Source: Escherichia phage SKA49. From it: a DNA stretch of 51,548 nt. Positions 8,222-16,441 of this stretch are shown in pieces (within the stretch, counting starts at the first letter, position 1; each line of letters begins with the position of its first letter). The notes under the pieces are model-generated. The model was not told the DNA's origin. It saw only the letters and a list, made by a program, of their open reading frames with translations, and did no database searches. The position numbers and the translations under genes are program-made. The stretch is taken from the sequence record NC_079180.1; one strand, given 5' to 3'.

Positions 8222-8572
8222 ATGAAAACTTTATACATTGCACTCACAATTTTGTTCGGGGTATTCGCATTCAAATCAGAAGCATCTGTTCGCAGCTTCC
8301 AGTGTGGCGGGTACAAAATGTCCGTTGAAACAATTACAATGAGCCAGCCACTCATTGCAACAATTTCTTTGCACGAAGGTACTTGGATTGAGATTCCAGA
8401 TAACGGAAATCCAAACCCAATGTCCACAGTGTTCTACAACACACAGAGCAGTAAACTGGCTTTAGTTGGTGTTGACGCTGAGGAACGTTTAGTGCTACAG
8501 ATTTATCGTGACATTGACTTCTTTCATGCCAAATTTCCACTTTTATCAACATATTGTAAGGAAGTTAAATGA
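8222..8572 (+). CDS. predicted secreted protein with N-terminal signal peptide (116 aa)
   Basis: N-terminus MKTLYIALTILFGVFAFKSEA is signal-peptide-like; GGAG RBS. Confidence 0.55.
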   Translation: MKTLYIALTILFGVFAFKSEASVRSFQCGGYKMSVETITMSQPLIATISLHEGTWIEIPDNGNPNPMSTVFYNTQSSKLALVGVDAEERLVLQIYRDIDFFHAKFPLLSTYCKEVK

Positions 8573-8802
8573 CGTCATCCGAATTTACCATTGATGGAGT
8601 ACCATACTTACTTGAATCCAGTTGCGAATATCGTCACTGGTCAGTAATTCGTGACCGAGTAGTTAAATTCTTGGAGCGAGTAGGGAAAGATGCGGCTATT
8701 CTGACTACAGCCACAGTAGAAGGAACAACCGAAATCAATCGGGAGCTTGTATCTTTTAAATTAACCATCAACCCAACAGGAAATCCATTCCGTGAAAGTT
8801 GA
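8569..8802 (+). CDS. hypothetical protein (77 aa)
   Basis: AAGGAAG RBS; ATG overlaps upstream stop. Confidence 0.5.
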   Translation: MTSSEFTIDGVPYLLESSCEYRHWSVIRDRVVKFLERVGKDAAILTTATVEGTTEINRELVSFKLTINPTGNPFRES

Positions 8803-9058
8803 AGAATTAGCTGACCGACTAACGGCAGCAAAGAAAGAGCTTGCAACGCACACCATTCGTGTTAATTCTCTTAAGGCACTCCCTTCTGGTGAGGAAATCT
8901 CACTATTCACAGACAATATTTGGTTTACCATGAATCGTGCGCAGTTTGTTGAGATTCAGGACCAACGTTTGGCTGAACTGGAGCAGAGAGTCAGAAATTA
9001 CGAAGGTTTGTTGCAAACTTTACAAGCAACTCTGGACCAGGAGTTGGGAAATGTCTAA
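8792..9058 (+). CDS. hypothetical coiled-coil protein (88 aa, GTG start)
   Basis: Track ORF; weak RBS. Confidence 0.4.
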   Translation: MKVEELADRLTAAKKELATHTIRVNSLKALPSGEEISLFTDNIWFTMNRAQFVEIQDQRLAELEQRVRNYEGLLQTLQATLDQELGNV

Positions 9059-9467
9059 TGTTAAGTTGGGCCAACGCTCACTTGACCGACTCAAAGGTGT
9101 AAATCCCTCATTAGTGGCAGTTTTCAAGCGTGCATGTGAAACAATGCCGTTTGATGTAACTGTTCTTGAAGGATTGCGCACTTATGAGCGGCAACAAGAG
9201 CTTTTAAAGCAGGGTGCAACCAAAGTTTCAGTTAGCCGACACATGTCAGGCAATGCTTTAGATATTGCACCGTATCCAATTGACTGGAATGACCTCGAAC
9301 GATTCAAAGTTTTAGCTCATCATATGTTCAAAGCTGCAAAAGAGCTTGGAATTACCATTCGTTGGGGTGGGAACTGGGGCCGTATTGATGAAAATCAACC
9401 GTATCCACCACTCGCACCAGGTAAGAAGAAGCTGATTGATATGCCGCACTTCGAACTTCCAGCATAA
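9051..9467 (+). CDS. peptidase M15-family peptidoglycan hydrolase (L-alanyl-D-glutamate peptidase-like)
   Basis: LEGLRTYERQQELLKQGATKVSVSRHMSGNALDIAPYPIDWNDLERF resembles the His/Asp zinc-site block of T5-type endolysins; GGAG RBS; in frame with track ORF 8937..9467. Confidence 0.65.
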   Translation: MSNVKLGQRSLDRLKGVNPSLVAVFKRACETMPFDVTVLEGLRTYERQQELLKQGATKVSVSRHMSGNALDIAPYPIDWNDLERFKVLAHHMFKAAKELGITIRWGGNWGRIDENQPYPPLAPGKKKLIDMPHFELPA

Positions 9468-9487
9468 CTTCATCAATGGAGCATCCG

Positions 9488-10033
9488 ATGGAAAACCAAA
9501 TTAATCAAGCAGTAGAACAGCTTAAGTCCTGGCGTAGAGATGAAACTTTATTGGTTCGTTTCTACACAGGCGAAACTAATTCTGAATTTGTAGATGCGTG
9601 GATTGATGGACTAGCATGGCGCCTTTATGATTTCAGTATGTCCGAATATTTGCATGAAGAATATGGCATTGAGTACCCTGCAACAGGAACTTATGACATA
9701 ATTGAATCAAGAGATGAAGATGTTACAGAGGTTTGCTTTGTTGATGGCCTGTTCAGCCTACGCAAGTATGACAAATTCAATGAGCTTTTAAATGACACTG
9801 ATTTGTTTGTAGTTCTTGCTGCATTCCGTAGTGGTGAAATTGACATTTTCACTGTGAGCAGTTTGAACGACATGTTCATTACTCGTTGTGATTCAATTGC
9901 AGACTACTTCAAAAATTACGATGGGATAGAAGTTCCAGACCATCTTCGTCCATATATTGATTGGGATGCAATCACCAAAGATTACGGCAGTGACTATATC
10001 TTCTCTGAAGGAGTATTGTTCTTAAATGCGTGA
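9488..10033 (+). CDS. hypothetical protein (181 aa; alternative start 9476)
   Basis: Track ORF 9476..10033; GGAG precedes second in-frame ATG at 9488. Confidence 0.5.
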   Translation: MENQINQAVEQLKSWRRDETLLVRFYTGETNSEFVDAWIDGLAWRLYDFSMSEYLHEEYGIEYPATGTYDIIESRDEDVTEVCFVDGLFSLRKYDKFNELLNDTDLFVVLAAFRSGEIDIFTVSSLNDMFITRCDSIADYFKNYDGIEVPDHLRPYIDWDAITKDYGSDYIFSEGVLFLNA

Positions 10034-10265
10034 TTTAAATATTGCTGAACTTGAGGCTGGATTGATTGTTCACCACCAGCCTCGAAACACTTTCTATCGT
10101 ATTCTTGGGCCTACAAAGATTAAAACTCACTGCGGAAGTTGGGTGGATGGGTTTGCTTACCAAGAAGTTAAGAAGTACGGGGACCATACTTTCTTAAGTA
10201 TTGATTCTTCTACTATCTACACACGACCGAAAGAGCTATTCGACTCAGATTGGAAAACGCTATAG
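10026..10265 (+). CDS. hypothetical protein (79 aa)
   Basis: Track ORF overlapping upstream stop. Confidence 0.5.
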   Translation: MRDLNIAELEAGLIVHHQPRNTFYRILGPTKIKTHCGSWVDGFAYQEVKKYGDHTFLSIDSSTIYTRPKELFDSDWKTL

Positions 10266-10334
10266 TTCCAGGCGGGTTTCTTCGAAGTGCCAAGCGGGTT
10301 TTGTGCTCGCATTGGCCTTCGGCTTTAGTCTGAA

Positions 10335-10353
10335 ACATTAGTGGGATTTGATT
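10335..10353 (+). promoter_or_regulatory. phage promoter-like motif ACATTAGTGGGATTTGATT
   Basis: Preceded by CTGAA as in other copies; intergenic. Confidence 0.45.
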
Positions 10354-10476
10354 CTGACCACTTAGGGGAAGAAAGGCATTATACACTTATCGCCAAATGG
10401 GTGTCAAGCACTTTCTTCATTTATTTAATTTTATTCTTATTATTCTTTTTGTTTGGAATATTGGAATAATTCTGAA

Positions 10477-10495
10477 ACATTAATTGGAATTGAAG
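10477..10495 (+). promoter_or_regulatory. phage promoter-like motif ACATTAATTGGAATTGAAG
   Basis: Preceded by TCTGAA; intergenic, second copy in the same spacer. Confidence 0.45.
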
Positions 10496-11134
10496 AGACA
10501 ACATCAGATAAGAGCTTTGTAACTAGGTAGTCCGTCTGGTACCAAGACGTGTGAGAACGTTCGATTCGTTCTACAAAGCTCTTTTCGATGGAATGTTTCC
10601 ATCATATACATTTATCTTTTTAACATAGGCCAAAGGGCCGGAATACTTATTCGCAGAAAAGCTATTCACTTGTTATAGGCGATGTATTGGGATGAATTGG
10701 AACTAAATAAGCAAGCTGCTAGGGCTGAATAATTAGAGGGGTAATGCCTCATGCTTATGTTAGTCATTCGAAAATAGGTTTGTGCCACAAGCTGCTGGTG
10801 CTCTGAGGAAGTCGGACAAACAGGGCTTAGAGTGGCATAATCCGCACAAAATCGCGCCACCAGCTATGCCAAAGCAGGTGGATTGGGTGAATGTATTGGG
10901 AAGGGTTGCAAAGCCTCTGCGACACGCCTGAGCCGCAAGGCGACGACACTCATGTGATTAGCGTATCGCACCCTAACGGGAGTAACCCTTCGCCAATGCA
11001 GTTATCCAGAATTGACACAAACGGTAGGCAGTGGTCCGATTTTCGGCCTTCCTGTGCTACTCTGTGGCCTGTTTCATGGGCCAAAAGATGAGAAGAGAAG
11101 TCACAAACACTGAATCGAAAATTGGAGAGTTCCT

Positions 11135-11452
11135 ATGATTCGTAAGCATTCTGCCAAAGTTTTAACATTGAGAAATGTTGAAAGAGCTTTTAGTGATAGT
11201 GTTGAAGAAACACTACACTTCGTACTTATTGGTGGGTCATGGTATTACAATGGTACGTCTAACTTAAACCATTTGAGTAAGTCTCACAAAGATGGTTTTT
11301 GGGAATATGATATTAAATATATTCTCGAAGATAGTCCAAAGTTCAGCCTCGGTGAAATAAAAAGAAGTTTCTACCACGGCCCAAACAAGTCCATGCAAAT
11401 TGCAACACGTGAGTGGACATCAAATCAACGAGCTTATGGAGAGCAATATTAA
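11135..11452 (+). CDS. hypothetical protein (105 aa)
   Basis: GGAGAG RBS; track ORF. Confidence 0.55.
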   Translation: MIRKHSAKVLTLRNVERAFSDSVEETLHFVLIGGSWYYNGTSNLNHLSKSHKDGFWEYDIKYILEDSPKFSLGEIKRSFYHGPNKSMQIATREWTSNQRAYGEQY

Positions 11453-11760
11453 TGGCTCGCAAAACATTGAAGCAAAAACTTCGAAAACAGATTCGTGAAA
11501 TCAAATCTGCTGCCGACCAGGAACATGAATTGGCTGGCATCACAATTAACTTTGAACTCCAGGCAATGCAAGCTGTTGCTTTAGGTCATGGCCTTATGAC
11601 CACACTCATTCATGCCAAGAATGTGCTGGGAGTAAACAACGAAGATTACCAAACCATTGAGAAAGTGGCGCAAGAGCGTATTTCGCAGTGCTTGGTGAAA
11701 TTAGTTGATATGGGAATTCCTGCTGAAGAAGCAAATCACCGAATCTTACAAGGCCACTAA
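11452..11760 (+). CDS. hypothetical basic helical protein (102 aa)
   Basis: ATG overlaps upstream stop (TAATG); in frame with track ORF 11413..11760. Confidence 0.5.
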   Translation: MARKTLKQKLRKQIREIKSAADQEHELAGITINFELQAMQAVALGHGLMTTLIHAKNVLGVNNEDYQTIEKVAQERISQCLVKLVDMGIPAEEANHRILQGH

Positions 11761-11761
11761 A

Positions 11762-12436
11762 ATGTCTTATCATGATGATGACAAAGAGATTGCACTATCA
11801 ACGTGTAAGCAATGGCTCAATGATAATGATGCCGTCTATCTTGCCAAGGAAGATGTTATCATTATGTGGGTCCATTTTAATCCAGAATCAAAGCGCGGTG
11901 AGTGGCAACGCTACAAGATGAAAGAGGCTTGTCGCATAATTAAAGCCACACGCGCTGGCTTCTCTGCTATGAAATACATCAAGCCAGAGATGCTGATGCT
12001 TGCTGCACAGGAAGAAGAACGTGCATACAAGCAAGCTGTTAAATCTCGTTCAACTGTTCCTCCAGAGTTCTTTAATTTGGAGCGCGCTGGACACTTCAAC
12101 AATTTAGAAATGTTGACACTGTGCCTGTTGCAAGAATTAGTTGGAAGAGGACAAAACATTGAAGCTGTTTGTCTTGGAGAACTCATGAAAGAGTTGTTCT
12201 CGGCAAAGGGCTTTGCTGTGCCAAATCGAACTTTACGCTGGAAATTGTTGCGAGCAGTCGCGCAAGAAGCTGGTGTAGTTGTTCGTGACAGAACAAACCG
12301 ACTTACTGTAACTGGAGTTGGGCGTTTTGTAGCAATCCAGATTGAGGGTTATGACGAATCAATCATCACTGAACTCACTGTCGCTGAGACAAAGGATTTA
12401 GTAAATAAAACACTAGAACGATTCAATAGATATTGA
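11762..12436 (+). CDS. hypothetical protein (224 aa)
   Basis: ATG directly after upstream stop; in frame with track ORF 11705..12436. Confidence 0.5.
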   Translation: MSYHDDDKEIALSTCKQWLNDNDAVYLAKEDVIIMWVHFNPESKRGEWQRYKMKEACRIIKATRAGFSAMKYIKPEMLMLAAQEEERAYKQAVKSRSTVPPEFFNLERAGHFNNLEMLTLCLLQELVGRGQNIEAVCLGELMKELFSAKGFAVPNRTLRWKLLRAVAQEAGVVVRDRTNRLTVTGVGRFVAIQIEGYDESIITELTVAETKDLVNKTLERFNRY

Positions 12437-12465
12437 GTCGTTTGACGAATCAGAGCAGTTCTGAA

Positions 12466-12484
12466 ACATTAGTTGGATGTGGAA
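12466..12484 (+). promoter_or_regulatory. phage promoter-like motif ACATTAGTTGGATGTGGAA
   Basis: Best consensus copy; about 75 nt upstream of the codon-optimised gene 12560. Confidence 0.6.
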
Positions 12485-12559
12485 AGAGAAAGGCTCTTTA
12501 ATTTTATCTAAGTCACGTCACCGTGGCGTGCAAAACTATTCAATATAAGGTATATACAA

Positions 12560-12898
12560 ATGGCTAAGATTGTAACCGTAACTCAGTACGAAGCTAACGA
12601 TGGTTCCCTGTTCCTGACCGAAGCAGAGTGTAATGCACATGACTTCAAACTGGAAAACGGTGCTAAAATTGAGAAAGCTGCCGAAGCGTACCTGAACACC
12701 GTTGGCGCTATCGACCGTTCTCGCTCCATGCAGAAGAACACCATCGAGCAGTTCCTGGCATTCTACCTGCCGTGGGTTGAATCTGGTGAGCCGGAAGTTG
12801 AGCGTACTAAGTTCGATACTCCGAAAGAAGCTAAAGTTGCTGACGCAAGTGTTGCAGAAGCTGCCGAAGCTGCTGTTGAAGAAGCTCCGGTATTCTAA
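12560..12898 (+). CDS. small acidic protein with host-optimal codon usage (112 aa)
   Basis: AAGG RBS; codons dominated by CTG/CCG/CGT/GGT; strongly acidic, C-terminus AEAAEAAVEEAPVF. Confidence 0.7.
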   Translation: MAKIVTVTQYEANDGSLFLTEAECNAHDFKLENGAKIEKAAEAYLNTVGAIDRSRSMQKNTIEQFLAFYLPWVESGEPEVERTKFDTPKEAKVADASVAEAAEAAVEEAPVF

Positions 12899-13795
12899 GT
12901 TGCCGATGGCAAACTTGAGAGACTAAGCTAAATCGATCTGGCATGCACTGGAAGTTTCCGGTGCTGCCTTGAACCCATTCCAGAGTGAGTGGGCTTCAAT
13001 TTGTACATAATTCAAACACCAGTGCATGAGCCTTCGACGGAAGGCAATGTTGGGAAATTTGTTGTGTACAAATTGAAGTAGTTTTCTGAGTCTTACGACG
13101 GGCCTAAACTGCCTGGAGTTATTGCGACTGTTTTATTCATTTAAAATAAATGCAAATGATTCTGAAATGCGAGTTGCGGCTTAATTAAATTTAAGTCCTC
13201 TCCGTGGTCTTCCAATCCCACGTAACCAAATTTGGCGCATTGTGGCTTCGAGATGTGATTAATAAATCGGAGCAATAATTAATTTGTATTCTGCGATGCA
13301 AAGCAGGCTTAAGTCCTCCAGTGCGCGTGGGGATGTGACAGAGTACAAACTTAATTATGCAGTTGGATATTTCTAGAGGACGGACGAGCACACTGGAATG
13401 TCTTCAATTGGTTTAGTGTGAGAAGCTATGCCAATTTGAAACGTAACTCCTTGGGGAAGTGCTCCTCTGGATTTCCCTCCACGCAGGAATCTCAAGCCTG
13501 TGGCAGTGACTTCGAAGCTGCACTGCGTAACCTAATTCACCCTAAAGTGAATTGCCCTGAGCATGGAAATAAACTGCTCAAACCGATGGTATCTACAAAG
13601 GTAGATTAAATCAGGTTGCCTGTTGGTACTTGGGTTCAACACCTGCTTGCACTCGCAAAGTAGTGCCTCGTACCTGAGATGAAGTGAGTCGGGACCATCA
13701 ATCCCACGTTATGTCAAAACACAGTAGGCGACTCACGGATTCTACAAGCCTCGCAGTTCGGGAAAACCTGCGTTATCAAAACCCCCCACCTATTT

Positions 13796-13887
13796 GGACG
13801 AGTAGCTCAGAAGGTTTGCATTGTGCTCAGTCAGGTAGAGCAATCTGTTCGACAGATGTGTCGTTGGTTCGAATCCAACCTCGTCCA
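13796..13887 (+). tRNA. tRNA-like element (possible tRNA gene or pseudogene; isotype undetermined)
   Basis: Perfect 7-bp acceptor stem GGACGAG/CTCGTCC, canonical T-arm GTTGG-TTCGAAT-CCAAC, discriminator A; core about 19 nt longer than standard, with duplicated GCTCAG flanking a 20-nt insert. Confidence 0.4.
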
Positions 13888-13917
13888 CCCATTTTCAACA
13901 ATAAACATGGAGTCCTC

Positions 13918-14058
13918 ATGGACATTGATGCACTAGACAATTTGGACTTCGGTGCTGCCGAAGAAGCAATTGAAGAACTCAAGAAAAAGCAGGACGAAGA
14001 AGCAATCGTTCCTGGTGCTGGCGATAATGACTGCTCAAGCGGTGCGTGTGCCATCTAA
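13918..14058 (+). CDS. possible small acidic protein (46 aa)
   Basis: ATG with GGAG RBS 7 nt upstream; C-terminal part of track ORF 13684..14058, whose 5' part overlaps the tRNA-like element. Confidence 0.3.
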   Translation: MDIDALDNLDFGAAEEAIEELKKKQDEEAIVPGAGDNDCSSGACAI

Positions 14059-14066
14059 GGTGATTT

Positions 14067-14303
14067 ATGCAACAGCTTAAATCAGTAATTCTTGGCGTCC
14101 TGACTGCATTTGGTATTATCATTGCAGTGTTCCTCAAAGGCAAAAGCTCAGGCAAAGCCGAGGAGCGTCAGGAAGCCAAAGAGAAGCAATTCGATTCCAT
14201 TAAAGAATCTATCGAGATTAAAACGCATGTTCAGAAAGAAGTGTCTAGCAGTTCTGATAGCAATGTCGATAGTGAGTTGCTCTCAAAGTGGGTTCGTAAG
14301 TGA
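14067..14303 (+). CDS. small membrane protein (N-terminal TM helix, charged C-terminus; 78 aa)
   Basis: AAGGTGA RBS; TM segment SVILGVLTAFGIIIAVFL. Confidence 0.45.
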   Translation: MQQLKSVILGVLTAFGIIIAVFLKGKSSGKAEERQEAKEKQFDSIKESIEIKTHVQKEVSSSSDSNVDSELLSKWVRK

Positions 14304-14436
14304 TTATTGCTTAATTGCACAACCAATCTATTTGGATGTTGCAGAAGTGAAAATCTTATCACGCGAAACCAAAACACAGATTCTAGTCCACAATGAAACG
14401 TGGGCACAAAAGTGTTCTCAACTTACCCGACAGTGA
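14227..14436 (+). CDS. possible lipoprotein (69 aa) overlapping the 3' end of 14067..14303 in another frame
   Basis: Signal-like MFRKKCLAVLIAMSIVSC with lipobox-like IVSC; weak RBS. Confidence 0.25.
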   Translation: MFRKKCLAVLIAMSIVSCSQSGFVSDYCLIAQPIYLDVAEVKILSRETKTQILVHNETWAQKCSQLTRQ

Positions 14437-15499
14437 GTGAACAAGATGAGCCTGTTGCATCTATAAATAAGTACAGTGAAACAAATGCTCGCCATCGCAT
14501 TTCATTTGGCAGTCCGGTACGGGACTTTAAACACACGTATATCATAGTCGAGGGAGTGCGCGACTTTAAATAACGAGACTCTAGCTACTTGTAGCATAGT
14601 AGGTGTAATTCCTGGTGCTCTGGGCATAACACATGATAAATTGCTGCCTCCTAGGATTGGAACGTCCCGCTACACATCGTTAGTGTGAGAAGGTTAGTCC
14701 ACCGAGACAAAGGCTTGCGGCTTGACTCCGGCCAAAGAAGAAAACGGCGTGCTTGAGAACGAAGCTCCGATGACTCCGTAAAGTCAACGTAATGAACGCG
14801 AAAAGTTCAGGTGGTCACTTCCTAAAACAGTGTCCGAGAGCATCCTCGCCAAAGTGCTTGAGAACGTTAGCTCTGTCTTGCCAGCATTAATGGCACGTTG
14901 GCCGCGTAAAGGCCACAGCGTCTGACCAACGTATCGGTCACCAAATTCAATGGATTCGTAGAGTTAATTAAACCTGCACGATGGGATAGGGATATAGCAT
15001 CCGAGGCCGACTGTGTAATTGCTGGCTTACTATAAACCAGCCGAATCCGCCAAATCAATGGGCTAGTGCAAATGTCAGTCACTAGAAGATGTGTTGCAAA
15101 ACGTCTTCCATGATGTGCAAAGTGTCAGTCACGTGCCCGCCAATTTCCTCCAACAGTTATGCCTCTGTTCAAAAGGCTCAAGAGAGCGTCTGGCATACCG
15201 TAGCGATACGGCTTAGTTGCGCTGATTGTGTTGTGCAGAAAGAAAGTTCAGGCTTTCGTTTGGGTTACTCCTCATCCCGAAGTTAGCTGGATTCAAAATC
15301 CAGACTATGTTCCTATACACATGAAATATGCAAGTCGAGGGTTCTTAATGTTCAAACATGATGCGAGCATTAAGCGGGTTTATACTTTTCCCCGATGGTC
15401 CCCATAAACAAGGCTGATTCACTTGGGCGGTTCGAATCAAATTTAATAAGTGTTTTGTAATACTCAGGGCACTTACTTAAATTTTAACTGGAGAGAAAC

Positions 15500-15730
15500 A
15501 TGAAAACTGCTGAAATTGCCGAAGAGATTTATAAGGCCGTAATAGCCAACCAAATCACAAGTGAAGTCCTGCACATGGATATTGAAGAAGTTCGCAATGC
15601 CTTTGGTGGTTTTGCAATCTTGTCAATAGAAGCTGCGGAAGCACTGACAAACACGTACAATCAACGCGAATATGAAAAGCGTTCTGTACTAAATGCGTCG
15701 ATGAAAGAAATTCAGGCGTCATTAAAATAA
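15500..15730 (+). CDS. hypothetical protein (76 aa)
   Basis: GGAGAG RBS; track ORF. Confidence 0.55.
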   Translation: MKTAEIAEEIYKAVIANQITSEVLHMDIEEVRNAFGGFAILSIEAAEALTNTYNQREYEKRSVLNASMKEIQASLK

Positions 15731-15786
15731 TACCATTATCATGGTGCGGAGCTAATTAATCTCCCACCATATGAACCGGAGAGCAA

Positions 15787-16437
15787 ATGATTACTGCAAC
15801 ACTCGTTGACCACATGGGCAGCGACCTCACCACTGTTAATGCTGCACGAGTTTCTTATGGTGCAGAGTCGCATGAAATATCTTTACGTGACGAGAAGCTG
15901 ATTGAGTTTCTTGCAAAGCATAAGCACATTACGCCGTTTCGCCACGCACAGGTAACATTGCGTTGCAAAGCTCCAATCTTCATTGCACGTCAGCTTGGCA
16001 AACATCAAACTGGCTTTAGTTGGAATGAGGTTAGCCGTCGTTACAAAGATGGCGAAGCAATCTCTATTGAATGCTTTGTACCAGGTGTTGTATTTGGTCG
16101 TCCTGAAAAGTTGATGACTCAGACTGCACAACCGTTGCCACAAGATTTTGCTGACGATATTCATTATCGCATGGAAAGCCATAACAAGGCTTGCATCGCA
16201 GAGTATGAAACGTTAATTGGTTTGGGGATTGCCCCAGAGCAAGCTCGCATGGTTCTCCCACAATCCATGATGACTGAATGGATTTGGACTGGCTCACTTT
16301 ATGGCTGGGCATCTATGTATAATCAACGTTCCTCCGAACATGCGCAATATGAAGTTCGCTTGTTTGCGGAAGAAGTGAATAAAATCATGTCAGAACTGTT
16401 CCCAATTTGTTGGAAGGCTCTGACCAACCAGGAATAA
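15787..16437 (+). CDS. thyX: ThyX-like flavin-dependent thymidylate synthase (divergent)
   Basis: ARQLGKHQTGFSWNEVSRRY resembles the ThyX RHRx7S signature, with KHQ in place of RHR; N-terminal AARVSYG block. Confidence 0.55.
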   Translation: MITATLVDHMGSDLTTVNAARVSYGAESHEISLRDEKLIEFLAKHKHITPFRHAQVTLRCKAPIFIARQLGKHQTGFSWNEVSRRYKDGEAISIECFVPGVVFGRPEKLMTQTAQPLPQDFADDIHYRMESHNKACIAEYETLIGLGIAPEQARMVLPQSMMTEWIWTGSLYGWASMYNQRSSEHAQYEVRLFAEEVNKIMSELFPICWKALTNQE

Positions 16438-16441
16438 ATAA

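Noticed and set aside
13796-13887. Assigning a specific isotype to the tRNA-like element (anticodon loop candidates include TTCGA or GTTCGAC)
   Set aside because: The anticodon arm cannot be folded into a canonical 5-bp stem with a 7-nt loop without mismatches, so any isotype call would be a guess.
13684-14058. 124-aa track ORF spanning the tRNA-like element
   Set aside because: Its 5' two-thirds coincide with the tRNA-like structure and have no RBS; only the 3' 46 codons from ATG 13918 with a GGAG RBS were kept as a low-confidence CDS.
14440-15480. Group I or group II intron in the GC-elevated ORF-free region
   Set aside because: I could not recognise the conserved P/Q/R/S core elements or a domain V, and the region is intergenic rather than inside a gene; kept only as an unexplained structured region.
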